A stretch of DNA of 64,000 nt, taken from NCBI GenBank assembly GCA_040880525.1, contig JBBDIG010000045.1, positions 9,266 to 73,265 of the forward strand, given 5' to 3'. This document shows, piece after piece, positions 8,645-17,761 of the stretch. Made by a program: the position numbers and the translations under genes. The stretch is from Bacteroidia bacterium. GTDB taxonomy: Bacteria; Bacteroidota; Bacteroidia; CAILMK01; JBBDIG01. Numbering within the stretch: position 1 is the stretch's first letter; each line of letters begins with the position of its first letter. Under the pieces are notes generated by a model. The model saw only the letters and a list, made by a program, of their open reading frames with translations. It was not told the DNA's origin and made no database searches.

Positions 8645-10036
8645 TCATTGCCTTACTAATGCAGAAAGGCGGGCTGGTCTTGCAAGTTCGTATGTGAGCC
8701 AACCGGCCACGATCATATATTCTAACAATATCAAAAAATAATTTTCCTGATACGGATACGTAGAATAGGCAATGTAAGTGAGCGGGATCAAAGCGCTCCA
8801 TACCACCGGAAAGCGCAATGACGTAAGGCTGCAAAATGCGAGGAGCGAAGCAAGATACCACGGATGCACCGTGCTGGCAGTGAAATAATAAAAGGACATC
8901 ACCCAGAGCATGGCCAGTGGCAAATAGCGTAACCCCTTTGGCCGGTCGTTCATTAAAAGCAAAAGATAGCGTGCGTAAACCATGATCAGTCCGGCAAGCA
9001 GCGCAATATTCATCACAAGCGTAGCAGCAGTTCGGTCACCTCCTGATTTATACGCCAGCTCTTTCGCCACCAGGTACAGGCCGGGATTGAACTCAAAAGA
9101 TTCATAGTACAGGCGAATGCTACTCCAGATTGCGGTGTACGGACTGAACCCGCCCATAGTCCAGCCTATAAGCAACAGCACTGATATAAAGACTAGCAGA
9201 TTCAGGACTGATTTCTTGTACCGCCAGTTTTTAGGATTTTTTGTATTGGAAATGAGAACTGTACCCAGGAGCAGGGGCAGAAAGAAAATTGGCAGCAGTT
9301 TTACCGCAACAGCAAACGCGAGTGCTACAGCCGCAGAAAGTGTTCTTCCCTTTATCAAAAGCCAAATCATAAGCAATGAAAAAAAGATCATCAGCGCCTC
9401 AAAATGCAGATTGCCCATCAGCTCTATTATGATCAGCGGACTCAACGCATACCACAGCACTTGTTTTTGCGGAAGATTAAAGATCCGTGCAAGCTTCAGC
9501 AGCAGTATAATGCTTCCGCACTCCGCCAGCAGGATGAATCCTTTCATCACCACCACAGGCTCCCACAACTGCCCTGGAAAGAGCCAGGCCGAAAGCGCAA
9601 ATATCCACTGGTTAACAGGTGGATATACTGAAAAGTACTCCGGGGAATTGAGTAATGGATACAACCGGTTGGGGAATGCACCTTCTCCTCCCGCAGTCAA
9701 TTCCTGCAGCATTTGTGAGGGCAGGGCGCTATAGGCATTTATACCGTTTGCCCACAAATTTCCATCCCACAGAAACCGGTAGAAATCATCAGACAGGCCA
9801 GGCAGCGAAAACAACAGTACCAGCCGCATCAGCACGGCAAATACCAAAAGTAGCTTCACAATTCTGTCCTGAGACGCGGTCGCCATCATTCCCGCATATA
9901 ATAGGAACAGCAATGCGTACTGGCCAATGACAGCCGGAAAGAGCGTCCGATCTGTAAAATAGCAAAGGCTGATGGTTGTAAAAAGGCTTCCCGCCATCAT
10001 CAACAAAAGAAACCACAAGCGCCTGTTCATATCCAT
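8645..10036 (-). CDS. GT-C fold glycosyltransferase (GT87/DUF2029-like)
   Basis: LSDDFYRFLWDG, SVYPP, PLIIIELMGNLHFE, VKLLP, FEFN, TVHPWY; polytopic. Confidence 0.8.
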   Translation of the reverse strand: MDMNRRLWFLLLMMAGSLFTTISLCYFTDRTLFPAVIGQYALLFLLYAGMMATASQDRIVKLLLVFAVLMRLVLLFSLPGLSDDFYRFLWDGNLWANGINAYSALPSQMLQELTAGGEGAFPNRLYPLLNSPEYFSVYPPVNQWIFALSAWLFPGQLWEPVVVMKGFILLAECGSIILLLKLARIFNLPQKQVLWYALSPLIIIELMGNLHFEALMIFFSLLMIWLLIKGRTLSAAVALAFAVAVKLLPIFFLPLLLGTVLISNTKNPKNWRYKKSVLNLLVFISVLLLIGWTMGGFSPYTAIWSSIRLYYESFEFNPGLYLVAKELAYKSGGDRTAATLVMNIALLAGLIMVYARYLLLLMNDRPKGLRYLPLAMLWVMSFYYFTASTVHPWYLASLLAFCSLTSLRFPVVWSALIPLTYIAYSTYPYQENYFLILLEYMIVAGWLTYELARPARLSALVRQ

Positions 10037-10086
10037 TCAAATTTCAGGGTTCTCAGGCGGAAGGCGGAAATTGAACAGGTTAGGCA

Positions 10087-11562
10087 TCAGTCAAGAAAAG
10101 GTGAGGTTTTGCGGTTGTGCTGCACCGTCATCCAGGCGAGGCTGCCGAAGCCAATGGTGAGGAGAAGGAAGAACGGTGTGATCAAAAATTCTCCTGTGAA
10201 GCAAGTGCCTATAAGGCCGCCAAAGAAATAAAGCGCGAGCAACCCTTCCCAAAAGGAACGGTGAAATGATGAGCGTTTTACATAGCGGTTCCTGCTCGGC
10301 ATTTGTGCGTTCTCAAGAACATTAAATTTAGGTGTCCTCACAAATTCTGACCGGTAACCCAACCATGCCCGCAATACGGCCAGTGAATTGAAAAAAGAAA
10401 AGGCCATCGAGAAAGCAATAAATACCGGGAAATGGAGCAGAAAATAGGTGATAGCAGCTTTCCACCCCTTCTTTTTGATTAAACATGAAATAAAAAAATA
10501 GAAACAGAGATTTATAAAACATAATATAAATACGGTCAGGAAATCAATATTCAGCGTGGCCTGTAATTGTAATTTTATTAATGAAAAAGGTACACTTATT
10601 AATACGAGTATAAAGCTGAAAACGAAGAGCGTACTGTTGAATACATGAAAAAGAGCGTGGAGCTTTTTGCGAAATGGAATCTTTGCCCGGAGGATCATGG
10701 CCCAGAGTTTCAGGCCGGTTTCTGCAGAACCCTTAGCCCAGCGATACTGCTGACTTTTCACCGCATTTATTTCCACCGGCAGTTCTGAAGGTGCTTCAAG
10801 GTCTTCGAGAAAATTAAATTGCCATCCCCGCAATTGGGCACGGTAGCTAAGGTCCAGGTCTTCGGTGATGGTGTCGTGCTCCCAGCCGCCCGCATCCGTA
10901 ATGGCGTTTTTTCGCCATACGCCCGCAGTTCCGTTAAAGTTAAAAAAGAGCCGGCCATTGTGACGTCCGCGCTGCTCTACCAGAAAGTGGGCATCCAGGA
11001 AAAAAGCCTGGATACGCGTGAGCCAGGAATATTGCTCATTCAGGTAGGTCCACCTGGCCTGCACCATTCCTGTCTTCTCAGAGGTAAATCCCCGCATCGC
11101 CCTGCGCAAAAAATCCGGAGCCGGCAGAAAGTCTGCATCGAAAATGGCAATGAACTCGCCTTGCGCCTGCTCAAGGCCAAATTGCAGCGCTCCGGCTTTG
11201 TAGCCCTTTCTGCCATCGCGCTGCAGGTGCCGGATATTGCAGCCCTTGTTCTTCCAAAAGTTTACTCTTTCCGATATTATTGCAGAGGTCTCGTCAGTAG
11301 AATCATCCAGCACCTGTATTTCCAGGCGCGCAGCGGGATAGTCAAATGCGGCAACAGCATCTATAAGCCGTCCCACCACATAGTATTCATTATATACAGG
11401 CAACTGCACGGTGACGGCTGGAAGCTCAACAGCTTCGGGAAGCGGCTCACCCGACCGTTTGCCGCTCAGGGCCAGCAGGGTAACATGGCATTGCGCCAGG
11501 CTGAAGATCAGCAGCACCATCAACAACACACAATAAACTGAAAGAAGCGTTAACGCAACCAT
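10087..11562 (-). CDS. Processive-type GT2 (cellulose synthase-like, CslA-type)
   Basis: VTVQLPVYNE, QVLDDSTD, GYKAGAL, FDADF, TEDLDLS, QQYRW (QxxRW). Start placed at MVALTLL (11562). Confidence 0.9.
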   Translation of the reverse strand: MVALTLLSVYCVLLMVLLIFSLAQCHVTLLALSGKRSGEPLPEAVELPAVTVQLPVYNEYYVVGRLIDAVAAFDYPAARLEIQVLDDSTDETSAIISERVNFWKNKGCNIRHLQRDGRKGYKAGALQFGLEQAQGEFIAIFDADFLPAPDFLRRAMRGFTSEKTGMVQARWTYLNEQYSWLTRIQAFFLDAHFLVEQRGRHNGRLFFNFNGTAGVWRKNAITDAGGWEHDTITEDLDLSYRAQLRGWQFNFLEDLEAPSELPVEINAVKSQQYRWAKGSAETGLKLWAMILRAKIPFRKKLHALFHVFNSTLFVFSFILVLISVPFSLIKLQLQATLNIDFLTVFILCFINLCFYFFISCLIKKKGWKAAITYFLLHFPVFIAFSMAFSFFNSLAVLRAWLGYRSEFVRTPKFNVLENAQMPSRNRYVKRSSFHRSFWEGLLALYFFGGLIGTCFTGEFLITPFFLLLTIGFGSLAWMTVQHNRKTSPFLD

Positions 11563-11685
11563 TTTGCAAAGATGAAAAATCCGCACGGGGCTCGTGCTTT
11601 CAGCCTTATGGAACAAAGCCCTGAATGGCGCCTGCGGAACCAATTTTAATAAATTGTGAAGGATCGTAATTTTATCATATCTCTT

Positions 11686-11712
11686 GCAACTATTTTCCCC
11701 TGCTATAAGTCT
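11686..11712 (+). promoter_or_regulatory. Putative ECF-sigma promoter
   Basis: GCAAC-N18-GTCT immediately upstream of the small ORF at 11720/11756. Confidence 0.4.
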
Positions 11713-11755
11713 TTAGAGTATGATTTTGCCTTCTCCCTTCTTTTCGTTTTATGCA

Positions 11756-11830
11756 ATGAAATATACATTGATTAAAATAGCAATATGTGTTGCAGGCTTG
11801 TTGGTCTTTGGCATCCTGTATTGGTACTGA
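11756..11830 (+). CDS. 24-aa single-TM small protein
   Basis: MKYTLIKIAICVAGLLVFGILYWY. Alternative in-frame ATG at 11720. Below the ORF-track size cutoff. Confidence 0.45.
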   Translation: MKYTLIKIAICVAGLLVFGILYWY

Positions 11831-12053
11831 ATATATTAACTTTCTTCATCTGCCGAAGTAATTTTATTTTCCTGCACTCGTCATTCCTATCCACAGAATC
11901 CATTCATTTCAAAATCATTTCTACCTCCTCCTGCCCCGTAGCATTTGACTACGATAAATCTGCTTATTTGCACAAATAGAGTTTGCATTGCTCCTGTAAG
12001 AGTATGGCCGGTTCAAGCCCGGTTTGCGAGAATGGCCCCTTTACTTTTGTATC

Positions 12054-12181
12054 GGAAAGCAAGTACTGTTAGGAAAAGGGAAAATGCCTGAACCTGAAAG
12101 CACGCAGAAAGTAGTTGGATAAGTGAAGTTGGGATAAAAACCGGAGGAGTCTTTTGGGAAAATTCTCTCCTTCCGGTTTTT
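12054..12181 (+). ncRNA. Candidate sRNA 1 (~128 nt)
   Basis: TACTTTTG -7 element (12042-12049). Strong hairpin AAAAACCGGAGGAG...CTCCTTCCGGTTTTT. No ORF longer than 12 aa. Confidence 0.5.
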
Positions 12182-12196
12182 GACGAACGTGTTTTC

Positions 12197-12225
12197 AAGG
12201 GAAGGTTGCTTCCCTTTTCTTTTTT
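12197..12225 (+). terminator. Second rho-independent terminator behind sRNA 1
   Basis: AAGGGAAG-GTTG-CTTCCCTT followed by TTCTTTTTT. Confidence 0.7.
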
Positions 12226-12377
12226 ACTGCCGGTGCTCCCGCCTCGTGGATCTTCATCCGTGCCTTTCTAATCAGGCAAGCGGGGAACTCTCCTGACATC
12301 GCCTCAATCATTTACGATTAACCCTTTATTAATTTTCGGGTAAGGATGCCTTTATGCTTAACAGGCATCTTTGCATC

Positions 12378-12523
12378 GTAATAAAAAAAGCAAACTTCAT
12401 CTTCGGCTTCCGAACAGGTTGAACCTGAGCATACGTAAAAGACTATCCTTTTCATTACCATCTTTTTTAAGTATCTATTCCAGTCAGCGAAGGAGGAGCA
12501 AGCAGTTCCTCCTTCGCTATTTT
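12378..12523 (+). ncRNA. Candidate sRNA 2 (~146 nt)
   Basis: CATCTTTG -7 variant (12366-12373). Terminator AGCGAAGGAGGA-N9-TCCTCCTTCGCT-ATTTT. Shares TGAACCTGA..GCA..CG.A.AAG with sRNA 1. Confidence 0.45.
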
Positions 12524-12594
12524 ATGATTTTTGAATTCTTAATAAAATCAGTCATTCCCACCGCTTAATCATAAATTAGTAGGAGTTTTGGCTC

Positions 12595-14043
12595 ATGACA
12601 ATGTACTTCGTCAGGCGCCTTCTGCTATTTATTCCGTCTTTGTTTATCATCTCGCTGCTGGCTTTTGCCATCAGTGCGAGTGCCCCTGGCGATCCGGTGA
12701 GTCGTCTGGCGAAAGGTGGAAATGAAGGGCCGCTGCAATCGTCATCTTCCACATTGAGGGCACAACAACAGATGCGGGAACGGCTGGGTCTCAACTTGCC
12801 CTTATTCTATTTCAGCGTTGCCAGTATTGCCACGCCTGATACGCTCCACCGTATCCCTGAAAAAAGTCATCGCCAGGCACTGGAGCGGCTGGTAGCAGCG
12901 CATGGAAACTGGAATGCCGTCAAAAAATATTACCTGCAACTGAAAACTGCCTACACGTTGAATGAACAACTTTTAAGGCAAAATCCCAAAGATCCCGAGT
13001 TGCTCCAAACCTCGCTGATCCATATTCAATCGCTGCTTCAAAGCTGGGATCCTGTACTGATCCGGGAACGCTTGCAGCTACTGAAAAATATTGCATCGCA
13101 GACAGAAATATCGGTACTGTACCAGTCATTGGATCAATCGGCTGTTGCTTTTGAAAGTGTTCTGGAAAATGAGAAACGCTGGCAAGTCCTCGTTCCCATG
13201 CTTCACTGGCATGGCTTCCGGAATCAATATCACCGCTGGATGTTTGGCGATGGGCAAACCGCACAGGGAATTGTCCGGGGCGATTTCGGCATTTCTTACC
13301 GGGATCATCGGGAGATCAGCAGCCGCCTGCCTGAACGATTTTGGTGGTCATTCATCCTGGCCTTTTTTGCCGTTGTACTTGCCTACAGCGTAAGCCTTCC
13401 TGCGGGGATGTTTGCAGCGTACTATCGTGACCGGTTTGCTGATCGCGGCCTGTCTATGCTTTTCTTCGGACTTTATTCCCTTCCCAATTTTTTTGCAGGA
13501 ACGCTGCTCCTGGTGCTTTTTGCTAATCCGGAGGTTTTTGACTGGTTCCCGGTTTCCGGGGTTAACAACCCTGTGGTGTTTGATTCCGGCTGGCCGCTTT
13601 GGAAGCGCGCCTTGCACAGCGCGCCCTATCTTGTGCTGCCTGTCATCACTTATGCCTACGGTTCCTTTGCATTTCTGAGCAGGCAAATGCGGGCCGCAAT
13701 GGTGGATACCCTGCAGCAGGAGTACATTATAACCGCCCGCGCTAAGGGTCTGAACGAATGGAAGGTGGTAACGAAACACGCGCTTAAAAACTCACTGCTG
13801 CCAATCATTACGCTTTTCGCCAATGTCTTTCCGGCTGCCATTGCAGGTTCCGTTATTGTTGAAACCATCTTTTCCATTCCCGGAATGGGCCTGGAGATAT
13901 ATCAATCCATCCTGAACCACGACTACCCGATGGTGGTGGCCATATTTACCCTGACCGGCTTCCTCACCCTTTCGGGCTACCTGCTGGCGGATATCCTTTA
14001 TGTCCTGGCTGATCCCCGCATTTCGTATTCCAATCCGCGTTAG
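12595..14043 (+). CDS. Peptide ABC transporter permease (OppB/DppB family)
   Basis: RRLLLFIP, APGDP, GDFGIS, EAA loop YIITARAKGL, HALKNSLLP, DPRI. Confidence 0.92.
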   Translation: MTMYFVRRLLLFIPSLFIISLLAFAISASAPGDPVSRLAKGGNEGPLQSSSSTLRAQQQMRERLGLNLPLFYFSVASIATPDTLHRIPEKSHRQALERLVAAHGNWNAVKKYYLQLKTAYTLNEQLLRQNPKDPELLQTSLIHIQSLLQSWDPVLIRERLQLLKNIASQTEISVLYQSLDQSAVAFESVLENEKRWQVLVPMLHWHGFRNQYHRWMFGDGQTAQGIVRGDFGISYRDHREISSRLPERFWWSFILAFFAVVLAYSVSLPAGMFAAYYRDRFADRGLSMLFFGLYSLPNFFAGTLLLVLFANPEVFDWFPVSGVNNPVVFDSGWPLWKRALHSAPYLVLPVITYAYGSFAFLSRQMRAAMVDTLQQEYIITARAKGLNEWKVVTKHALKNSLLPIITLFANVFPAAIAGSVIVETIFSIPGMGLEIYQSILNHDYPMVVAIFTLTGFLTLSGYLLADILYVLADPRISYSNPR

Positions 14044-14048
14044 CTCCC

Positions 14049-15368
14049 ATGAAGAAAACCCGCCATCCCTCACCCCGAAAGGCTGCCTGGGCCAGGTTCA
14101 GGAAAAATCGCGCTGCCCTGCTTTCGCTCTGGCTTGTGGGCCTTCTGTTGCTCATCGCTTTGCTCAAAGACCTTCTCGCCACTGATCTGCCGCTGTATGC
14201 GCGCTTTCACGGCCAGTCCTTCTATCCGGCTTTTGCAGCCATAACGGAAGTGGCAGCAACAGATTCCTTTCAGGATCCGGCAACTGGGAAATGGGAGCGG
14301 CTGCAATATGACATCGTAAATTGGAAGCAACTGAATTTCGAAGCTGTCTGGTGGGCACCCATTCCCTGGTCGCCCCACAGGCCTGACCGGCTGAACAGTA
14401 ATTACGTGGGGCCTGCGGAGCAGCAGCATATTCTTTCACAGGAAGGAAAGCTTGCCGAGATGCCGCTCAGATTTCGTCATTTTCTGGGAACTAACGCAAT
14501 TGGACAGGACGTTGCAGCCGGTATTGTTCATGGTGCTGCCGTCTCGCTGCAAGTTGGATTGCTGGCTGCCGCCATTGGCACCTTCATTGGAATTTTGCTG
14601 GGCGCTTTTGCAGGATTTTCAGGTAACGACCGCCTGCAAATGGGAACTGCTGATTTTTGGGCTGCCCTTGTCGGCATCTGCCTCGGATTCTTCTATGGGT
14701 TTTCGGTCAGGCGTTTTATCATTTCTGATGCTTTTGCAAAAGGAATAGTACCCGGAATGTTTCAGCTTTTTGCCGGCATCGTCATCGCTTCTGTATTCGT
14801 TTTAATTTTAATTTTAATTTCCAAATTAATATTTAAAAATAAAAAAAGTAAAATACCCGTGCCGGTGGATACGGTGGTAATGAAAATCATAGAAATACTC
14901 AATTCATTGCCGCGTCTTTTACTCATCCTTACCATAGCGGCAATAGCAGGGCGAAGCATCGCGATGATAATTCTGGTGATCGGATTCACCATGTGGACGG
15001 GCATTGCGCGAATCACTCGTGCGGAAATGCTAAGGTTGCGCCACCTCGGTTTTATTGAAGCATCTCATGCGCTGGGTTTCCAGCAGCGGAGGATCATTTG
15101 GGTTCACGCCTTGCCAAATGCTCTTGGGCCAGTATTCGTTTCCGTGGCCTTTGCTGTGGCAGCCGCCATTCTGCTGGAGTCTGCGCTCAGCTTTTTGGGG
15201 ATTGGCTTGCCTGCGGAGACGGTTTCCTGGGGATCGCTGCTAAGTGCGGGCAGGCAACAATTTCAGGCCTGGTGGCTGGTGATATTTCCGGGGCTGGCCG
15301 TATTTTTTACTGTTACTGCTTTTAATTTAATAGGCGAAGGATTGCGGGACGCCATTGATCCGAAATAG
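14049..15368 (+). CDS. Peptide ABC transporter permease (OppC/DppC family)
   Basis: W.RFRKNR.A, HFLGTN..GQD, FIEASHALG, HALPNA, ESALSFLG, NLIGEGLRDAIDP. Confidence 0.92.
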   Translation: MKKTRHPSPRKAAWARFRKNRAALLSLWLVGLLLLIALLKDLLATDLPLYARFHGQSFYPAFAAITEVAATDSFQDPATGKWERLQYDIVNWKQLNFEAVWWAPIPWSPHRPDRLNSNYVGPAEQQHILSQEGKLAEMPLRFRHFLGTNAIGQDVAAGIVHGAAVSLQVGLLAAAIGTFIGILLGAFAGFSGNDRLQMGTADFWAALVGICLGFFYGFSVRRFIISDAFAKGIVPGMFQLFAGIVIASVFVLILILISKLIFKNKKSKIPVPVDTVVMKIIEILNSLPRLLLILTIAAIAGRSIAMIILVIGFTMWTGIARITRAEMLRLRHLGFIEASHALGFQQRRIIWVHALPNALGPVFVSVAFAVAAAILLESALSFLGIGLPAETVSWGSLLSAGRQQFQAWWLVIFPGLAVFFTVTAFNLIGEGLRDAIDPK

Positions 15369-15537
15369 TCATAAAAAGAAATTGGCAGTTTACAGATGAC
15401 AGTATACCACGGGTAATGTGGCATGCAGCAAAAGGACATTAGAACGCTTAAATAGAAAAGCTTCCAACTATAATTCTATAGTACTCTTTGTCGCGATATA
15501 ATTGTTTATTTTATTCGGCTGATATATTTAAGTAAAG

Positions 15538-16602
15538 CTAAAACTCTTTAATAAAACGAAGAGTCCGTTCATCAAATGAAACCTCTTTATGCTCGTGAAA
15601 TTTATAAGTAATTGGAAGGTAGAAGAGCGGATGATTCTTGATAAGGCTAAAATGTTTCATCGTTTCCAGCCTCCGCAGATCCTTCTCAGTTGTAATAAGT
15701 ATTTTATTAGGATTATACATTTCCTTGTACCGAACAAGAATTTTTTCCAGATCCTTTTCTGAAAAGCGGTGGTGATCCTGGAATTCCATCAGGAAAACTT
15801 CCTTGCATTTGCGCTCCAGAAAAAATTTCATGGGAACAGGATTGGCAATTCCGGTAAACAGGAGAACACTGGTCCGGCTCAGTTCACGGGTTTCAGGAGG
15901 ATCAGTGGCGGGATCGGTGGCGTGCTGCAGTTCTTCATATTTAATAAATGAAAAATAAACCGGCTGGTGTGGGTACGGTTTCAAACGATCCAGCAATCGT
16001 CTTTCCTCAAAGGGCGAAAGCACGATCGGGTTTTTGGTGACAACTATAATGTCTGCTCTTTTGCGGCTGCCTCTTGGCTCACGGAGTCGTCCTGCCGGAA
16101 GCAGGAAACCTTCAAAAAATGGAAGGGAATAATCCGTCAGCAGAATATTGAGGCCCGGCTCTACCGCCCGGTGCTGGAATGAATCATCAAGAATTACCAC
16201 TTGCGTATCCTTCACTTCCTTCTTTAGCCGTTGGATGCCTGCCACCCGGTTTTCTGAAACTGCCACAGCAAGCTCAGGAAATTTCCGCTTGAGCTGATAA
16301 GGTTCGTCACCGGCATTCTGTGCGGTCGCTTTTTTATCTAAAAGATAATAGCCTTTTGTATTGCGCTTATATCCGCGGCTAATGACAGCGGGTTTGATTT
16401 TATTAGCATAACACAGTTTTACCAGGTATTCAACTGTGGGGGTTTTGCCCGTTCCTCCCACTGAAAGATTTCCTATACCTATCACAGGAAAGTCGAAGCG
16501 CGTACTTTTGAGAATTTTCCAGTCATACAGCTTGTTACGGCACCAAATGGCAATGCCATAAAAAAGTGAAAATGGAAGGAGAAGTAATTTTAGTATTTTC
16601 AC
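15538..16602 (-). CDS. lpxK: Tetraacyldisaccharide 4'-kinase
   Basis: GNLSVGGTGKTP, SRGY, GDEP, LDDSFQH, LLPAGRLREP, DHH, TTEKD. Confidence 0.96.
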   Translation of the reverse strand: MKILKLLLLPFSLFYGIAIWCRNKLYDWKILKSTRFDFPVIGIGNLSVGGTGKTPTVEYLVKLCYANKIKPAVISRGYKRNTKGYYLLDKKATAQNAGDEPYQLKRKFPELAVAVSENRVAGIQRLKKEVKDTQVVILDDSFQHRAVEPGLNILLTDYSLPFFEGFLLPAGRLREPRGSRKRADIIVVTKNPIVLSPFEERRLLDRLKPYPHQPVYFSFIKYEELQHATDPATDPPETRELSRTSVLLFTGIANPVPMKFFLERKCKEVFLMEFQDHHRFSEKDLEKILVRYKEMYNPNKILITTEKDLRRLETMKHFSLIKNHPLFYLPITYKFHEHKEVSFDERTLRFIKEF

Positions 16603-16636
16603 GCGCTAAAATTACAAATATTCATTCTACCCGGCT

Positions 16637-17761
16637 ATGAGCGCAGCTTTTCAGGACATCGTAACATTTCTTAACTCCGTAGCACCTCCTGCGCTTCAGG
16701 AGCAATATGACAATTCGGGATTACTCACCGGTAATCCGGGGACCAGGGTAAAAGGAGTCTTAATCGCCCTGGATGTTACCGAGGACATAATAGATGAAGC
16801 CATTGAAAAGAAATGCAATTTAATAGTGGCGCACCATCCCCTTATATTTAAAGGTATAAAAAGTCTGACAGGGCGAGACTGGGTGGAACGCACGGTCATT
16901 AAAGCAATAAAGAATGACATAGGAATATTGGCCGTACATACAAACCTGGACAATATTTTCAACGGAGTGAATGCCCGAATTTGCGAGCGGCTGGGAATCC
17001 GGGAGCGTGAAATACTTGCACCCAAAAATGGCGGTCTCATAAAGATCGTTACGTTTTGTCCCTCAGGCGCTGACGAAGATGGCAATTCCATTCCGCAAAA
17101 AGTTCGGGAAGCCATGTTTGCTGCAGGTGCCGGCCATATTGGCAATTATGATCACTGCAGCTACATCCTATCGGGCACAGGAACATTCAGAGCGGGCAAA
17201 GGTGCAGATCCTTTTGTTGGCGATCTGGAAAAGGAGCACCACGAGCAGGAGGAGCGAATTGAAACCATTGCTCCGCGCTACCTGCAACGGCAAATCATAC
17301 AGGCAATGATTGAGGCTCATCCTTATGAGGAAGTGGCGTATGATATTTATCCCCTGGAGAACGAGCATCCTCGTACCGGAGCTGGCATGATTGGAAATCT
17401 GGAAGCCCCGATTCCGGAGCATGACTTTATGCAGTGGCTGAAAGACCGGATGAATGTGAAAGTGATAAGGCATACGCAGCTCAGAGGCACTGATATCCAA
17501 AGGGTGGCAGTATGCGGAGGGTCAGGAAGTTTCCTGCTAGAGAAAGCCATCAGTGCCGGTGCGGATGTTTTTATAACCGGAGATTTTAAATACCACCAGT
17601 TTTTTGATGGGGAAGGAAATATCCTCATAGCAGATATTGGCCATTATGAAAGTGAGCAGTACACTATCCACCTATTGCACGAACTTTTAACTGAGAAATT
17701 CACTACTTTTGCACTCCGAAAAACGGAGCTTATCACTAATCCCGTAAACTATTTCTATTAA
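16637..17761 (+). CDS. Nif3-like dinuclear metal centre protein (with PII-like insert)
   Basis: YDNSGL, AHHPLIF, HTNLD, AGAG.IGNYD.CS, HPYEE.AYD, GD.KYH, GHYESE. Confidence 0.95.
   Translation: MSAAFQDIVTFLNSVAPPALQEQYDNSGLLTGNPGTRVKGVLIALDVTEDIIDEAIEKKCNLIVAHHPLIFKGIKSLTGRDWVERTVIKAIKNDIGILAVHTNLDNIFNGVNARICERLGIREREILAPKNGGLIKIVTFCPSGADEDGNSIPQKVREAMFAAGAGHIGNYDHCSYILSGTGTFRAGKGADPFVGDLEKEHHEQEERIETIAPRYLQRQIIQAMIEAHPYEEVAYDIYPLENEHPRTGAGMIGNLEAPIPEHDFMQWLKDRMNVKVIRHTQLRGTDIQRVAVCGGSGSFLLEKAISAGADVFITGDFKYHQFFDGEGNILIADIGHYESEQYTIHLLHELLTEKFTTFALRKTELITNPVNYFY

Noticed and set aside
9117-11541. Plus-strand ORFs of 205 and 240 aa
   Set aside because: They lie antisense to well-supported glycosyltransferases and have no motifs.
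11960-12031. tRNA-like pieces: T-arm-like GCCGG-TTCAAGC-CCGGT and a CTGTAA loop hairpin
   Set aside because: No proper acceptor stem or D-arm, the anticodon-like loop is 6 nt, spacing is wrong and there is no CCA. Not called as a tRNA; tRNAscan-SE/ARAGORN would settle it.
12089-12441. TGAACCTGA as part of a TPP riboswitch
   Set aside because: The upstream CTGAGA and downstream TAATxC/CGTAGG elements are absent and no thiamine genes follow.
12595-15368. OppB/OppC permeases without binding protein or ATPase
   Set aside because: Split opp/dpp loci are common in Bacteroidota, so the partners are probably elsewhere in the genome.
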